Source of the DNA: an uncultured Candidatus Saccharibacteria bacterium
Lineage (GTDB): Bacteria; Patescibacteriota; Minisyncoccia; UBA6257; 1-14-0-10-44-23
DNA: 64,000 nt
Assembly: GCA_964549935.1 (NCBI GenBank)
Contig: CAZJVT010000002.1
Coordinates: 121,336 to 185,335 of the forward strand
Reading direction: 5' to 3'
Below the pieces are notes generated by a model. The model made no database searches, was not told the origin of the DNA, and was given only the letters and a program-made list of their open reading frames with translations. This document shows positions 1 through 8,642 of this stretch, piece by piece. The position numbers and the translations under genes were made by a program. The first letter of the stretch is position 1. Each line of letters begins with the position of its first letter.

Positions 1-217
1 TTTCCGGGGCAATAACAGTGACCATATCTTTCGAGCAAAGATCACATTTGCGTTTATAAAGCGTTCGCTCATTACGAAACATGATCCGCCTCTGAAATCG
101 ACAATCCGGGCAAAACGTCGGAGCCGGTACGGACATCTTCTCGTAGAACGCAAAGTCCTCCGGCTCAACGGTAAAGTTCTGCTTACAGTTTTGGCAGGTT
201 TTTGTCTCTGGCTGCAT
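1..217 (-). CDS. Cys-rich zinc-ribbon-type hypothetical protein, 5' part only (runs off window); paralog of 8643..10370
   Basis: Manual translation MQPETKTCQNCKQNFTVEPEDFAFYEKMSVPAPTFCPDCRFQRRIMFRNERTLYKRKCDLC matches the N-terminus of the 575-aa ORF (CxxC...FxVExxD..PPTxCPxCRxQRR). Confidence 0.8.
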   Translation of the reverse strand, partial: MQPETKTCQNCKQNFTVEPEDFAFYEKMSVPAPTFCPDCRFQRRIMFRNERTLYKRKCDLCSKDMVTVIAPE

Positions 218-255
218 TACCTTTATTCTACCGCCTACCAGCCAGAAACTACAAC

Positions 256-1368
256 CTACGATACCTTAGCAATAACCCCACCGCCGAGCATCTGCCCATT
301 CTTTGCGTAAAAGACAGCGGACTGGCCGGGAGCGACAAATTTCTGCGGCTTACCAAAAGTAATCGACTTACCCTTCATCGTCGCCGGGAAAACCGACTGA
401 CGATAACGGACGCGAACGTAGACGGGAATGGGGCGAGATCCTTCGGCTTCAGGATGACGCTGGGAAATGAAATTTACATTGCTCAATGTCACTTTAGTTG
501 AGTAAAGTGCCTCATCACCTTCGGGTGCGAGGGTTACCGTATTCTTTTTGCTGTCTTTTTTTGCAACGTAGAGCGGGACCGGAGAACCGCCGATGCCGAG
601 CCCCTTGCGCTGACCAATCGTAAAATGGTGCGCGCCTGTGTGTTCGCCAAGCACCTTACCGCTCATCGTCAGCACCTTCCCCTTTTTCTGCGGGATAAAC
701 TCGTCTAAAAACTCCGGGAGTGAAATCTGCCCGAGGAAACAAACTCCCTGCGAGTCCTTTTTCTCGGCATTTGGCAGTTTATACTTCTTTGCTAAGCGGC
801 GAACCTCCGTCTTTTTAATTAAATCGCCGAGCGGGAACAAACAATGCTTGAGCTGCTTTGGCGTAAGCATCCAGAGGAAGTACGACTGGTCCTTGTCAGA
901 ATCACGTGCAGCGTACAACTTGTAACGTGTAACGTAGGAGGGGGTCTTTTTGCCGTTTTGCTTTCTCGCCGACGTTTCACGTTTCACGTTTAACGTTTTA
1001 CGTTTAACGTAGTGCCCGGTGGCAACGTAGTCAGCACCAAGCTCCATGGCGCGCTTAAAAAACATCCCAAACTTAATCTCGTGATTACACATCACATCCG
1101 GGTTTGGCGTGATACCGCTGCGGTAGCCCTCCACCATATAATCCACCACCTTCTGCCGATACTCCTTCTCAAAATCAAAAACGTAAAATGGAATTCCAAG
1201 CGTCTCGGCGGCGCGGCGCGCATCCTCGGCATCCTGTTCAGCGCAGCCATCTACATTCCAGCAACGCAAATGCACCCCAACGACGTTATAGCCCTGGTCC
1301 TTTAAAATCCCGGCGGTGACGGAGCTATCTACCCCGCCGCTCATCCCTACGAAAACAGTCTTTTTCAT
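256..1368 (-). CDS. mnmA: tRNA 2-thiouridylase MnmA
   Basis: SGGVDSS PP-loop, TPNPDVMCN, ATGHY, KDQSYFL, DSQGVCF, TIGQRKGLG, APGQSAVFY motifs. Confidence 0.97.
   Translation of the reverse strand: MKKTVFVGMSGGVDSSVTAGILKDQGYNVVGVHLRCWNVDGCAEQDAEDARRAAETLGIPFYVFDFEKEYRQKVVDYMVEGYRSGITPNPDVMCNHEIKFGMFFKRAMELGADYVATGHYVKRKTLNVKRETSARKQNGKKTPSYVTRYKLYAARDSDKDQSYFLWMLTPKQLKHCLFPLGDLIKKTEVRRLAKKYKLPNAEKKDSQGVCFLGQISLPEFLDEFIPQKKGKVLTMSGKVLGEHTGAHHFTIGQRKGLGIGGSPVPLYVAKKDSKKNTVTLAPEGDEALYSTKVTLSNVNFISQRHPEAEGSRPIPVYVRVRYRQSVFPATMKGKSITFGKPQKFVAPGQSAVFYAKNGQMLGGGVIAKVS
905..1011. repeat. Paired inverted 7-mer tandem arrays inside mnmA
   Basis: (taacgtg/caacttg)n at ~905-937 and (cacgttt/aacgttt)n at 971-1011; reading frame kept. 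Confidence 0.75.
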
Positions 1369-1373
1369 TCGGC

Positions 1374-1919
1374 CTACAGCTTACCTAAGTATTTGGCAGC
1401 TTTCAAGATGAGCACGCAACTCTGCGCATGAATTATTTTGCAGTCCATAACCATTTGCACTGCCTCTGCAAGTTTCACTTTGTGAATTTTGATAAGCTCT
1501 GACCCATCAGGCCTCGGTGCCCCAAACGAAAGTTTGCGAGCGATAAATTGCCACGAGGGCGCAAATAGTGCACTTGTCATCGGATCTACCCGGCCGAGCT
1601 CAATCCACTCCTGCGCTTCGATACCAGACTCCTCTTTGAGCTCACGCTTCGCAGTCTGCAGCGGTGTTTCGCCAGGATCGACTGCACCGGAAACGACTTC
1701 GAAGCTTTGCTCGCCTATCGCGTAGCGGAATTCTTCCGTCAGGTATGCGTAACCATCATCGTCTATCGCAAGGATAGAAGACCCCTGCGCCATATTCACT
1801 AAAGCAAATGTTCCCTCTGAATTGTCGGGTCGTATCACCTGGTCGAGCCGAAGAGTTACCCATTTGTCGTGGTATCGCTCCTCACTCGATTTAATTTTCC
1901 ACGGGCCGTGGTCCTGCAT
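1374..1919 (-). CDS. NUDIX hydrolase (ADP-ribose pyrophosphatase-like)
   Basis: Nudix box GAVDPGETPLQTAKRELKEESG. Confidence 0.9.
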   Translation of the reverse strand: MQDHGPWKIKSSEERYHDKWVTLRLDQVIRPDNSEGTFALVNMAQGSSILAIDDDGYAYLTEEFRYAIGEQSFEVVSGAVDPGETPLQTAKRELKEESGIEAQEWIELGRVDPMTSALFAPSWQFIARKLSFGAPRPDGSELIKIHKVKLAEAVQMVMDCKIIHAQSCVLILKAAKYLGKL

Positions 1920-1921
1920 AC

Positions 1922-2461
1922 TTAACCGATAAACTTTTGAAATACCGTCAATAACTTTACGACATAACCCTTTGTCTTTTCATCAATCAGATTGCCGGCC
2001 TCATCAAAAATTCCCGGCACAAAACCATTCACATAAAATTCTGGCTGACCCAGAACGCGAGCATCAAGGTAGAGCAGGATTTCTTTCAAATGACTCTGCG
2101 CAACTGCAGTGCCAACAGAACCGCCCGCACCCATCATCGCAACCGGCTTACCGGCCCAAGCATTGTCGCCGTAGGGTCGACTCGTCCAGTCCAACAAATT
2201 TTTAAGCGCGCCGGGGATTGAGCGGTTAAATTCCGGCGTAGCGATGATGATGCCGTCTGCCGCACGAATCTTTTGCTTAAGCTCGGTGGCTGCAGCCGGA
2301 AACTGCGCTTCGAGATCCTGGTTAAACATCGGCAACTGACTAAAGTCGATAATGGTTACGCTCATCTCCGCAGGCGCAGCAGCCACAACAGCGCGCAGCA
2401 AGCCCTTGTTAATCGACTTCTCTCGTAGACTGCCGGCGAATGCAATAATGTTTTTTGCCAT
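1922..2461 (-). CDS. NADPH-dependent FMN reductase (ChrR/YieF-like)
   Basis: GSLREKSIN, ATPEFNRSIPGALKNLLDW, WAGKPVA motifs. Confidence 0.92.
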   Translation of the reverse strand: MAKNIIAFAGSLREKSINKGLLRAVVAAAPAEMSVTIIDFSQLPMFNQDLEAQFPAAATELKQKIRAADGIIIATPEFNRSIPGALKNLLDWTSRPYGDNAWAGKPVAMMGAGGSVGTAVAQSHLKEILLYLDARVLGQPEFYVNGFVPGIFDEAGNLIDEKTKGYVVKLLTVFQKFIG

Positions 2462-2521
2462 ATTTTTATTGTATTAGATCCCTCGGCTTCGGGATGACGC
2501 AACTAGCGTCATTTTAAATTT

Positions 2522-3910
2522 TTATTTTGAAAAGTGCGCTCGGGTACTTTTTAACTGTTCAGCGTTGTTGGCGGTGACCCAGTAGCCGACGTGACGATGC
2601 AGGACAAGCTTATTCGCGGCAGCCAGCTTCGGAAAGATATCGTTTTCAATCATGAAGCGCCCCGACATCCCATCAAATACATCCGGCTGTAAATAATAAT
2701 GCCCAATACTCACAAGCCCGTGCTCCGCACTGGGGTCTTTTTCTTTGAACTTGCAAACTCGCTTGTGCTCATCGCACTCAATCAATCCAAATGTTTTCGC
2801 ATCGCTGATATCAGCGGCCGAGAGCACGTTGTATTTGTTGCCACAACTATGCCGAATGAGCGAGGCTAAGCTAACATCCGCAAAGTCGTCACAGTTGATG
2901 CCGATAAACGACTCGCGAGTATCACCAAGTGCTAATTTCATTGCACCGCCAGTACCAAGCGGCTCCTGCTCAATGACATAGGAAACATCAGTGTGCCCAT
3001 TTTCCTTGAGCCAAGCGACGACCATCTCCGCCTTATAACCAAGCGCGAGGTGAATATTGAAAAATCCCTGCTTATGCAACTCATCAATCTGCCGCTGCAG
3101 CATCGGTTTGCCGGCCACATCAACCAAACACTTAGGCTTATCTTTTTCATTTTCGGGCATTCTCGTCCCCCTGCCCCCGGCTAAAATGATGACCGGGATG
3201 TGATATTTTTGATCCGCTGTAATTCGATACTTATCGCGCAAAACCGCCTCGGCTTTTTCGATGTCTTCGGGGTAACCAATCGGAAGCCAAAAATCAGACG
3301 GCTCAACAAAAAAAACGTGCTCCTGCATCATCTGCCGAATCTGATCGGTTGCCCAATACTCACCGGTGCGACTGAGAGCTGCCGGATACTGGAAAATCTT
3401 GCTGCTTAAAACAAAAACTGCCAGCGAAACTAGATTCGATTTAGGGTTTTCGGGAGTCTCCTCGAAACCGATCACTTTCCCCTGTGCATCTGCTTCGATT
3501 ACACCGAAGCGCTTGGGATTTTCGTGCGTATGCACTAAAACAGCGTGATCATGTTTGAGTAGTTTCTGTATCGCAGCCGTACTCTGCAAATCGTCGCCCA
3601 TCATAAACAAAAACTTCTCGTCTGAACCAATCAGGTCTTTGCAGAGCATCAAGGCATGCCCGGTACCGAGCTGCTCCTTCTGCCAAACATATGTAATTGT
3701 ACGGCCGTCAAATTTTTTACCAAAGTATTTTTCAATCTTCTCACCCTTATAACCGATGATAATGAGGAGCTCATCAATCTCTCGGGGTAGGCTTTCGATG
3801 ACATGCTGCAAAATTGGCTTGCCAAGAACCTCGAGCATCGGCTTCGGAGTCTCGAGCGTGAGCGGACGCATCCGTTTCCCTTCCCCGGCGGCAAGAATAA
3901 TGGCTTTCAT
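2522..3910 (-). CDS. Sugar-phosphate nucleotidyltransferase with two tandem NTP_transferase domains
   Basis: ILAAGEGKRMRPLTLETPKPM at the N-terminus and a second ILAGGRGTRM...KPKCL in the middle; two LGTG motifs. Confidence 0.85.
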   Translation of the reverse strand: MKAIILAAGEGKRMRPLTLETPKPMLEVLGKPILQHVIESLPREIDELLIIIGYKGEKIEKYFGKKFDGRTITYVWQKEQLGTGHALMLCKDLIGSDEKFLFMMGDDLQSTAAIQKLLKHDHAVLVHTHENPKRFGVIEADAQGKVIGFEETPENPKSNLVSLAVFVLSSKIFQYPAALSRTGEYWATDQIRQMMQEHVFFVEPSDFWLPIGYPEDIEKAEAVLRDKYRITADQKYHIPVIILAGGRGTRMPENEKDKPKCLVDVAGKPMLQRQIDELHKQGFFNIHLALGYKAEMVVAWLKENGHTDVSYVIEQEPLGTGGAMKLALGDTRESFIGINCDDFADVSLASLIRHSCGNKYNVLSAADISDAKTFGLIECDEHKRVCKFKEKDPSAEHGLVSIGHYYLQPDVFDGMSGRFMIENDIFPKLAAANKLVLHRHVGYWVTANNAEQLKSTRAHFSK

Positions 3911-4051
3911 AGTTAGCGTTTAACGTACAGCGTAAAACTTGTAACGTTTGACTACAAGCATACCAAAATTGACCAAAGTATCAAAATGTACTAAAATTGC
4001 CTTCATTAAATCTTAACGTTCCACGTTGCGCGTTTCACGTTACATACTCCC

Positions 4052-4633
4052 ATGCTCGCATATAACGAACTCAACGAAGGTGTCATGTTTGTCTACGAAG
4101 GTCAGCCGTACCAGGTTATTTCCTTTGCATTTTTACGCATGCAGCAGCGTAAACCAGTTGCGCAGACCGATATCAAGAATTTAATAACCGGCAAGCTTTT
4201 GCAGCGCAACTTCCACTCCAACGAGGTCTTTGAAGAGGTGGAAATCGAAAAAGAAGAGTGTAAGTACATGTACAACACCAAGGGCCAGTTCTGGTTCTCG
4301 GCTAAAAACGACCCGAGCAAGCGCTTCTCTCTTACTGAAGAGCAGGCCGGAACTGCCGCTCACTTCACCAAGCCGAACACGATTGTCACTGCGCTTCGCT
4401 GGAAGGGCGATATCATCAACGTCCTCTGGCCTATAAAGGCTGACCTCAAAATCACCGAGACTCCGCCGGGCGAAAAGGGCAACTCGGCCAGCAACACGAC
4501 TAAGACGGCGAAAGTTGAAACTGGCGCAGAGATTCAGGTCCCGATGTTCGTCAACAATGGCGACATCGTCCGTATCAACACCTCGAGCGGAGCTTACGTC
4601 GAGCGCGTCGAGAAAGGAGCCGGAGGTTTATAA
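4052..4633 (+). CDS. efp: Elongation factor P
   Basis: PPGEKGNSAS, KTAKVETGAEIQVPMFVNNGDIVRINT..G.YVER C-terminal signature. Confidence 0.95.
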   Translation: MLAYNELNEGVMFVYEGQPYQVISFAFLRMQQRKPVAQTDIKNLITGKLLQRNFHSNEVFEEVEIEKEECKYMYNTKGQFWFSAKNDPSKRFSLTEEQAGTAAHFTKPNTIVTALRWKGDIINVLWPIKADLKITETPPGEKGNSASNTTKTAKVETGAEIQVPMFVNNGDIVRINTSSGAYVERVEKGAGGL

Positions 4634-4640
4634 CGACACC

Positions 4641-4674
4641 AAATCAAAACAGCCCGCGAGGGCTGTTTTGATTT
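4641..4674. terminator. Bidirectional intrinsic terminator between convergent efp and ATPase genes
   Basis: aaatcaaaacagccc-gcga-gggctgttttgattt. Confidence 0.8.
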
Positions 4675-4676
4675 AC

Positions 4677-6530
4677 TTACTTTCTACGTTGCTGTGGCGG
4701 CGGGCCGCTTCTCTGCCCCGGAGCCGGAGGTCGCGGTTGCTGACGCGGAGCTCCTGCCAGATTTTGTCGCGGCGGCTGATTCTCTGAAGGTTTCTGCTGC
4801 TGTGCGGGCCTTGGCGCTTGTGGCTGTAGTGGTTTTTCTAAAGGTTTAGCTGCTGAAGCAACATCGCGGCGTTCGTCCTCACGACGCTTTTCTTTGACCG
4901 GTTTGACCTCTGCCTTTTCAACATCAAATTCGATACCCATCGCCGCCAAAACGTCCTGGGCTCTCGCCTGCTTCTCGGCCTTCGGTTGCTTAATAAGTTT
5001 CGGCGCTTTAATCTCGCCCTTCTTAACTTTTTCGTAACAATCCGAACAGTAAACGGGACGATTTGGATTTGGCTTAAATGGTGTCTTAGCTTCTTTGCCG
5101 CAGACTGAACAGACAGCAACGAACAGCTCGTCTCCTTGTTTATTAATGCCCACCATCTCCGGACTCTGCTTAGAAGCCTCCTCCGGGGTTTCGGCCAAAC
5201 TCGAACTCCAACGCGTGATTTCAGTTTCAACCTGGAGTTGTGATTTGGTGTATAGGCGACGCGAGTGCTCGATGATAACGGCCTCACCCGGCGCGTCTAC
5301 GTTGGCCTTAAACGGTATAAGCGTATGCGCAGAAAATGGTCGGGCGTTCATACCGGCGACCATCAAGCGCACATAGAAGTGATAGTTCGGCAGGTTGACG
5401 ATATCCGGGATCATAAACTCCGGCTCAAGCTCCGGCTCTAAAAACTCTGCATCCGTAGCACCAACGCGGAAAATGACGAGCGTACCGCAGTTACCAAAAA
5501 CTGCGTCTCGCACCTTGGTCGACATATCTCCACTGACGAGCTGACCGATATACTGGTGCGCCACCGTCAAATTTAATCGATACTTACGAGCCTCAGAGAG
5601 CACGCCGGCAAATGAATCGGTGGCAAAGTTTTGGAACTCGTCGACGTAGAGGAAGAAATCCTTACGCTCATTTTCTGGAATACGCACGCGCTCCATCGCC
5701 GCCAGCTGAATCTTCGTGATGAGCATTGCGCCAAGCAGCGCCGAGTTGTCTTCTCCGATACGTCCCTTTGAAACGTTCACAAGGAAAATCTTGCGCTCGT
5801 TCATCATCTTGAAAATATCTATCGTGCTGTGAGTCTGACCGACGGTGTTACGGACGAGTCCGGTCGACAAAAACTGACCGACTTTGTTTTGAATCGGAGC
5901 GATTGCCTCACTGCGGAACTTGTCCTGCCATTCCTCGTACTCACTAATCCAAAACGCCCGAACGACGGGGTCTTTGACGTTAGAAACAATTTTTTGGCGG
6001 TAGTCTTTGTCTACCAGCAGACGCGGAATACCCAGCAGCGTCGTACCCGGCGTCTCAAGCAGCGCAAGCACGGCGTTGTTCATAATGTATTCCATACGAG
6101 CACTCCACACGTTACTCCAAATCTTGGTAAAAATACCCATCAGACCTGAAGCGACTAAGTGTTTGTACTTCGGGTCGGGCAGCTCGAGCACGTTAAAGCC
6201 CATTGGGAATTCCGTATCCGCCGGGTTAAAGTACACGACGTCGTCGAGGCGTTCCTTTGGAATCATTTTTAAAATACCTTCAACGAGCTCACCGTGCGGG
6301 TCAACGACACAAAGTCCGTCCCCGTTCATCACGTCCTGCGAGATGATATTGTGCAGCATCGAGGACTTGCCGGTACCGGTCTTACCGATAACGTACATGT
6401 GCTGACGACGGTCTTTGCGCGCAATGCCAAAAAGCCGCTCCTCGCCGCGGTAGTCAGTTTTGCCAAAATAAACAACGTCGCTCCCGACCGCATGGCCGGC
6501 GTTGCCGCCTCTCTGAATCGTTTCGGACAT
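4677..6530 (-). CDS. VirD4/TraG/HerA-like ATPase with C-terminal CxxC-x17-CxxC domain
   Basis: Walker A GKTGTGKS, DPHGE, Walker B YVDEFQNF, SEARKYRL, CSVCGKEAKTPFKPNPNRPVYCSDC; start placed at MSETIQ because the upstream extension is repeat-derived. Confidence 0.85.
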   Translation of the reverse strand: MSETIQRGGNAGHAVGSDVVYFGKTDYRGEERLFGIARKDRRQHMYVIGKTGTGKSSMLHNIISQDVMNGDGLCVVDPHGELVEGILKMIPKERLDDVVYFNPADTEFPMGFNVLELPDPKYKHLVASGLMGIFTKIWSNVWSARMEYIMNNAVLALLETPGTTLLGIPRLLVDKDYRQKIVSNVKDPVVRAFWISEYEEWQDKFRSEAIAPIQNKVGQFLSTGLVRNTVGQTHSTIDIFKMMNERKIFLVNVSKGRIGEDNSALLGAMLITKIQLAAMERVRIPENERKDFFLYVDEFQNFATDSFAGVLSEARKYRLNLTVAHQYIGQLVSGDMSTKVRDAVFGNCGTLVIFRVGATDAEFLEPELEPEFMIPDIVNLPNYHFYVRLMVAGMNARPFSAHTLIPFKANVDAPGEAVIIEHSRRLYTKSQLQVETEITRWSSSLAETPEEASKQSPEMVGINKQGDELFVAVCSVCGKEAKTPFKPNPNRPVYCSDCYEKVKKGEIKAPKLIKQPKAEKQARAQDVLAAMGIEFDVEKAEVKPVKEKRREDERRDVASAAKPLEKPLQPQAPRPAQQQKPSENQPPRQNLAGAPRQQPRPPAPGQRSGPPPQQRRK

Positions 6531-6618
6531 ATGAATAGTATAACGTAAAACGTAAAGCGTGTAACGTTTTCGCCAATTGCGAAGCAAGGCGTTAATCACT
6601 CAAAATGCGAAGTAAAAT

Positions 6619-6969
6619 CTAGAGCCTCCGTATGATTCCCCAAAGCATCTTGCCTATTCTATCGGCCTTCGCGAGAAGACGCTGATAATCCTCAGCAGAG
6701 ATATATTTTTGTCGTAAAGCAAAATCAATAATATATACTGACTCGCGCAACGAGCCGTAGGCTATTTCTGCAAAATTTTTCAGCACCGCCTTCCGCTGCC
6801 GAGCATAACCCTCGATATAGTTTAAGGCGACAGAAAGGGCAGATCTACGAAGCTGAGAAGTTACGCCAAATAATTCTTCTTTTGGGAATGACCGGGTAAC
6901 GCGATATATGTCGTCAACATATTCGTCTAACAATTTTTGAAATTGTTCGTGAAAATTCTCTTCCGCCAT
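6619..6969 (-). CDS. Four-helix-bundle protein (23S rRNA IVP family; bAvd-like fold)
   Basis: IYRVTRSFPKEELFGVTSQLRRSALSVALNYIEGYAR...IAYGSLRE signature. Confidence 0.92.
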   Translation of the reverse strand: MAEENFHEQFQKLLDEYVDDIYRVTRSFPKEELFGVTSQLRRSALSVALNYIEGYARQRKAVLKNFAEIAYGSLRESVYIIDFALRQKYISAEDYQRLLAKADRIGKMLWGIIRRL

Positions 6970-7030
6970 ATCTTTTGCATTCGCTAGTTTACGATCAACG
7001 CTTCACGATCTACGTTCTACGCTTCACGAT

Positions 7031-8581
7031 CTAGCCCAAGGTTTCACGTACTTCCGCCCACTTCATCGCAAGCGTCACAAAGTAGCGTACGCCAAAACCG
7101 GCTGCGCCCTTGCTAAGCTGCTCCTCCTCCGGGTTAGTCGTCATGCGCGGGGCCATATCGATGTGGGCAAAGTTAGCACCCTTAGCGAAGTGAGATAAAA
7201 ACGCTGCACCGTGCGAAGCGCCACCCCAACGAGTGTTAGTACGATCAGTATTGATGACGTCCGCCAAATTACCTTCAACGTCCTTTTCAAACTCTTCAGT
7301 CAGCGGCAGCGGCCAGACGCGGTCGTCACACTCATCACCTATTTTTTCAAGCGCATCCTGGAGTTTTTTATTATTTTTTACAAACAGTCCCGAAAAACGC
7401 GTACCAAGTGCAACCATCGCGGCACCGGTCAAAGTCGCCAGCGTCACGATGAGCTCCGGCTTCTTTGTCTTTGCGTACTCAATAGCGTCGGCGAGAATCA
7501 CGCGGCCCTCGGCGTCAGTGTTACCAATTTCGATTGTCTTGCCACCGTAAGCCTTCACGATGTCTCCTTGGCGATAACTGAAACCACTGACCATGTTTTC
7601 GACGGCTGGGATTAAGCCGATTATGTTAATCGGAATCTTAAGCGCAGCAATAGCTTTAATCGCGTAAATGACCGCGGCACCGCCCGACATATCCATGTGC
7701 ATCTCCGCCATCGAGGAGCCCGGCTTTAAGTTGAGCCCGCCCGAATCAAACGTTACGCCCTTACCGATAAATGCGATCGGGCGCTCCGTCTTTTTACCGC
7801 CGCTATACTCCATAATCACCAGACAGGGCTTACTAGCCGAACCCTGACCGACAGCCAAGATTGCATTCATACCCTCCTGTTTCAAACGTTTCTCATCAAA
7901 AACTGTGACTTTAATGGAACCATTCCCGCCTTTGGCGGGACCTGCGGCGTTCGTGACAGTACGCGCAGCCTCGGCCATTCCCTCCGGCTTTAAGTCGCTC
8001 GGCGGGAAGTTCGAAAGCGTACGGCATTCATTCAAACTCTCAGCCATTATCTCGCCGACTTTAACCATCTCGGAACACTTCTTGGCCTCATGATGCGTTG
8101 CGAGCATAACCGTCTCGACACGCTTCCAGCCGTCTGCCGGCGGCGTCTTAAACTGCTCACTGAAGTCGTAATGGGCGTAAAGCGCGTTCCCGGAGACAAG
8201 CGCACACATCCGCTCGGCGTTAACATTGTTACGCTCAAAGTCATCTACGTAGATAGCGGCGACTTTAAAACCCTCCACCTTGGCCGTGCGGATAAAACGA
8301 CGCGCTAAAAGCACGAGCTTCTTCTCCGTAAAATCATTCTCGATCGCGACAAAAGCAAAAGCCGGAATATTATTGAGACGAATGAGCTTGCTCTCGCCCG
8401 CTTTACGCTGACGGCTAGCGGCATAGTTTTGAAGTAGCAGCTGGTCAGCCTTAGAAAGCAGAGAAAAAAGTTCGCCCCAGACCTCTGGCTTCCCTTTGGA
8501 ATCAAGCCAAACCGGCAGTAAAATCACATCGACGTGTTTAAGCGAGGCAGCGGTCGGCTTTGTTTCAATAGTAAATTTCAT
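7031..8581 (-). CDS. pepA: Leucyl aminopeptidase (M17)
   Basis: GKGVTFDSGGLNLK, DMSGGAAV, NTDAEGRVILAD, ATLTGA, HIDMA. Confidence 0.95.
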   Translation of the reverse strand: MKFTIETKPTAASLKHVDVILLPVWLDSKGKPEVWGELFSLLSKADQLLLQNYAASRQRKAGESKLIRLNNIPAFAFVAIENDFTEKKLVLLARRFIRTAKVEGFKVAAIYVDDFERNNVNAERMCALVSGNALYAHYDFSEQFKTPPADGWKRVETVMLATHHEAKKCSEMVKVGEIMAESLNECRTLSNFPPSDLKPEGMAEAARTVTNAAGPAKGGNGSIKVTVFDEKRLKQEGMNAILAVGQGSASKPCLVIMEYSGGKKTERPIAFIGKGVTFDSGGLNLKPGSSMAEMHMDMSGGAAVIYAIKAIAALKIPINIIGLIPAVENMVSGFSYRQGDIVKAYGGKTIEIGNTDAEGRVILADAIEYAKTKKPELIVTLATLTGAAMVALGTRFSGLFVKNNKKLQDALEKIGDECDDRVWPLPLTEEFEKDVEGNLADVINTDRTNTRWGGASHGAAFLSHFAKGANFAHIDMAPRMTTNPEEEQLSKGAAGFGVRYFVTLAMKWAEVRETLG

Positions 8582-8642
8582 ACGCGTTTTAAAATTAGGA
8601 TAGTATTTCCTAGCTTACTCGCTTTCATTCTGAATTGCAAAA

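Noticed and set aside
6531-6599. N-terminal extensions in the ORF track (ATPase, rsmH, rplJ, nusB, corA)
   Set aside because: The extensions run through repeats, terminators or promoters; downstream ATGs match the family N-termini.
6619-6969. Diversity-generating retroelement (Avd-like gene)
   Set aside because: No reverse transcriptase, and no TR/VR pair differing at adenines was seen in the window.
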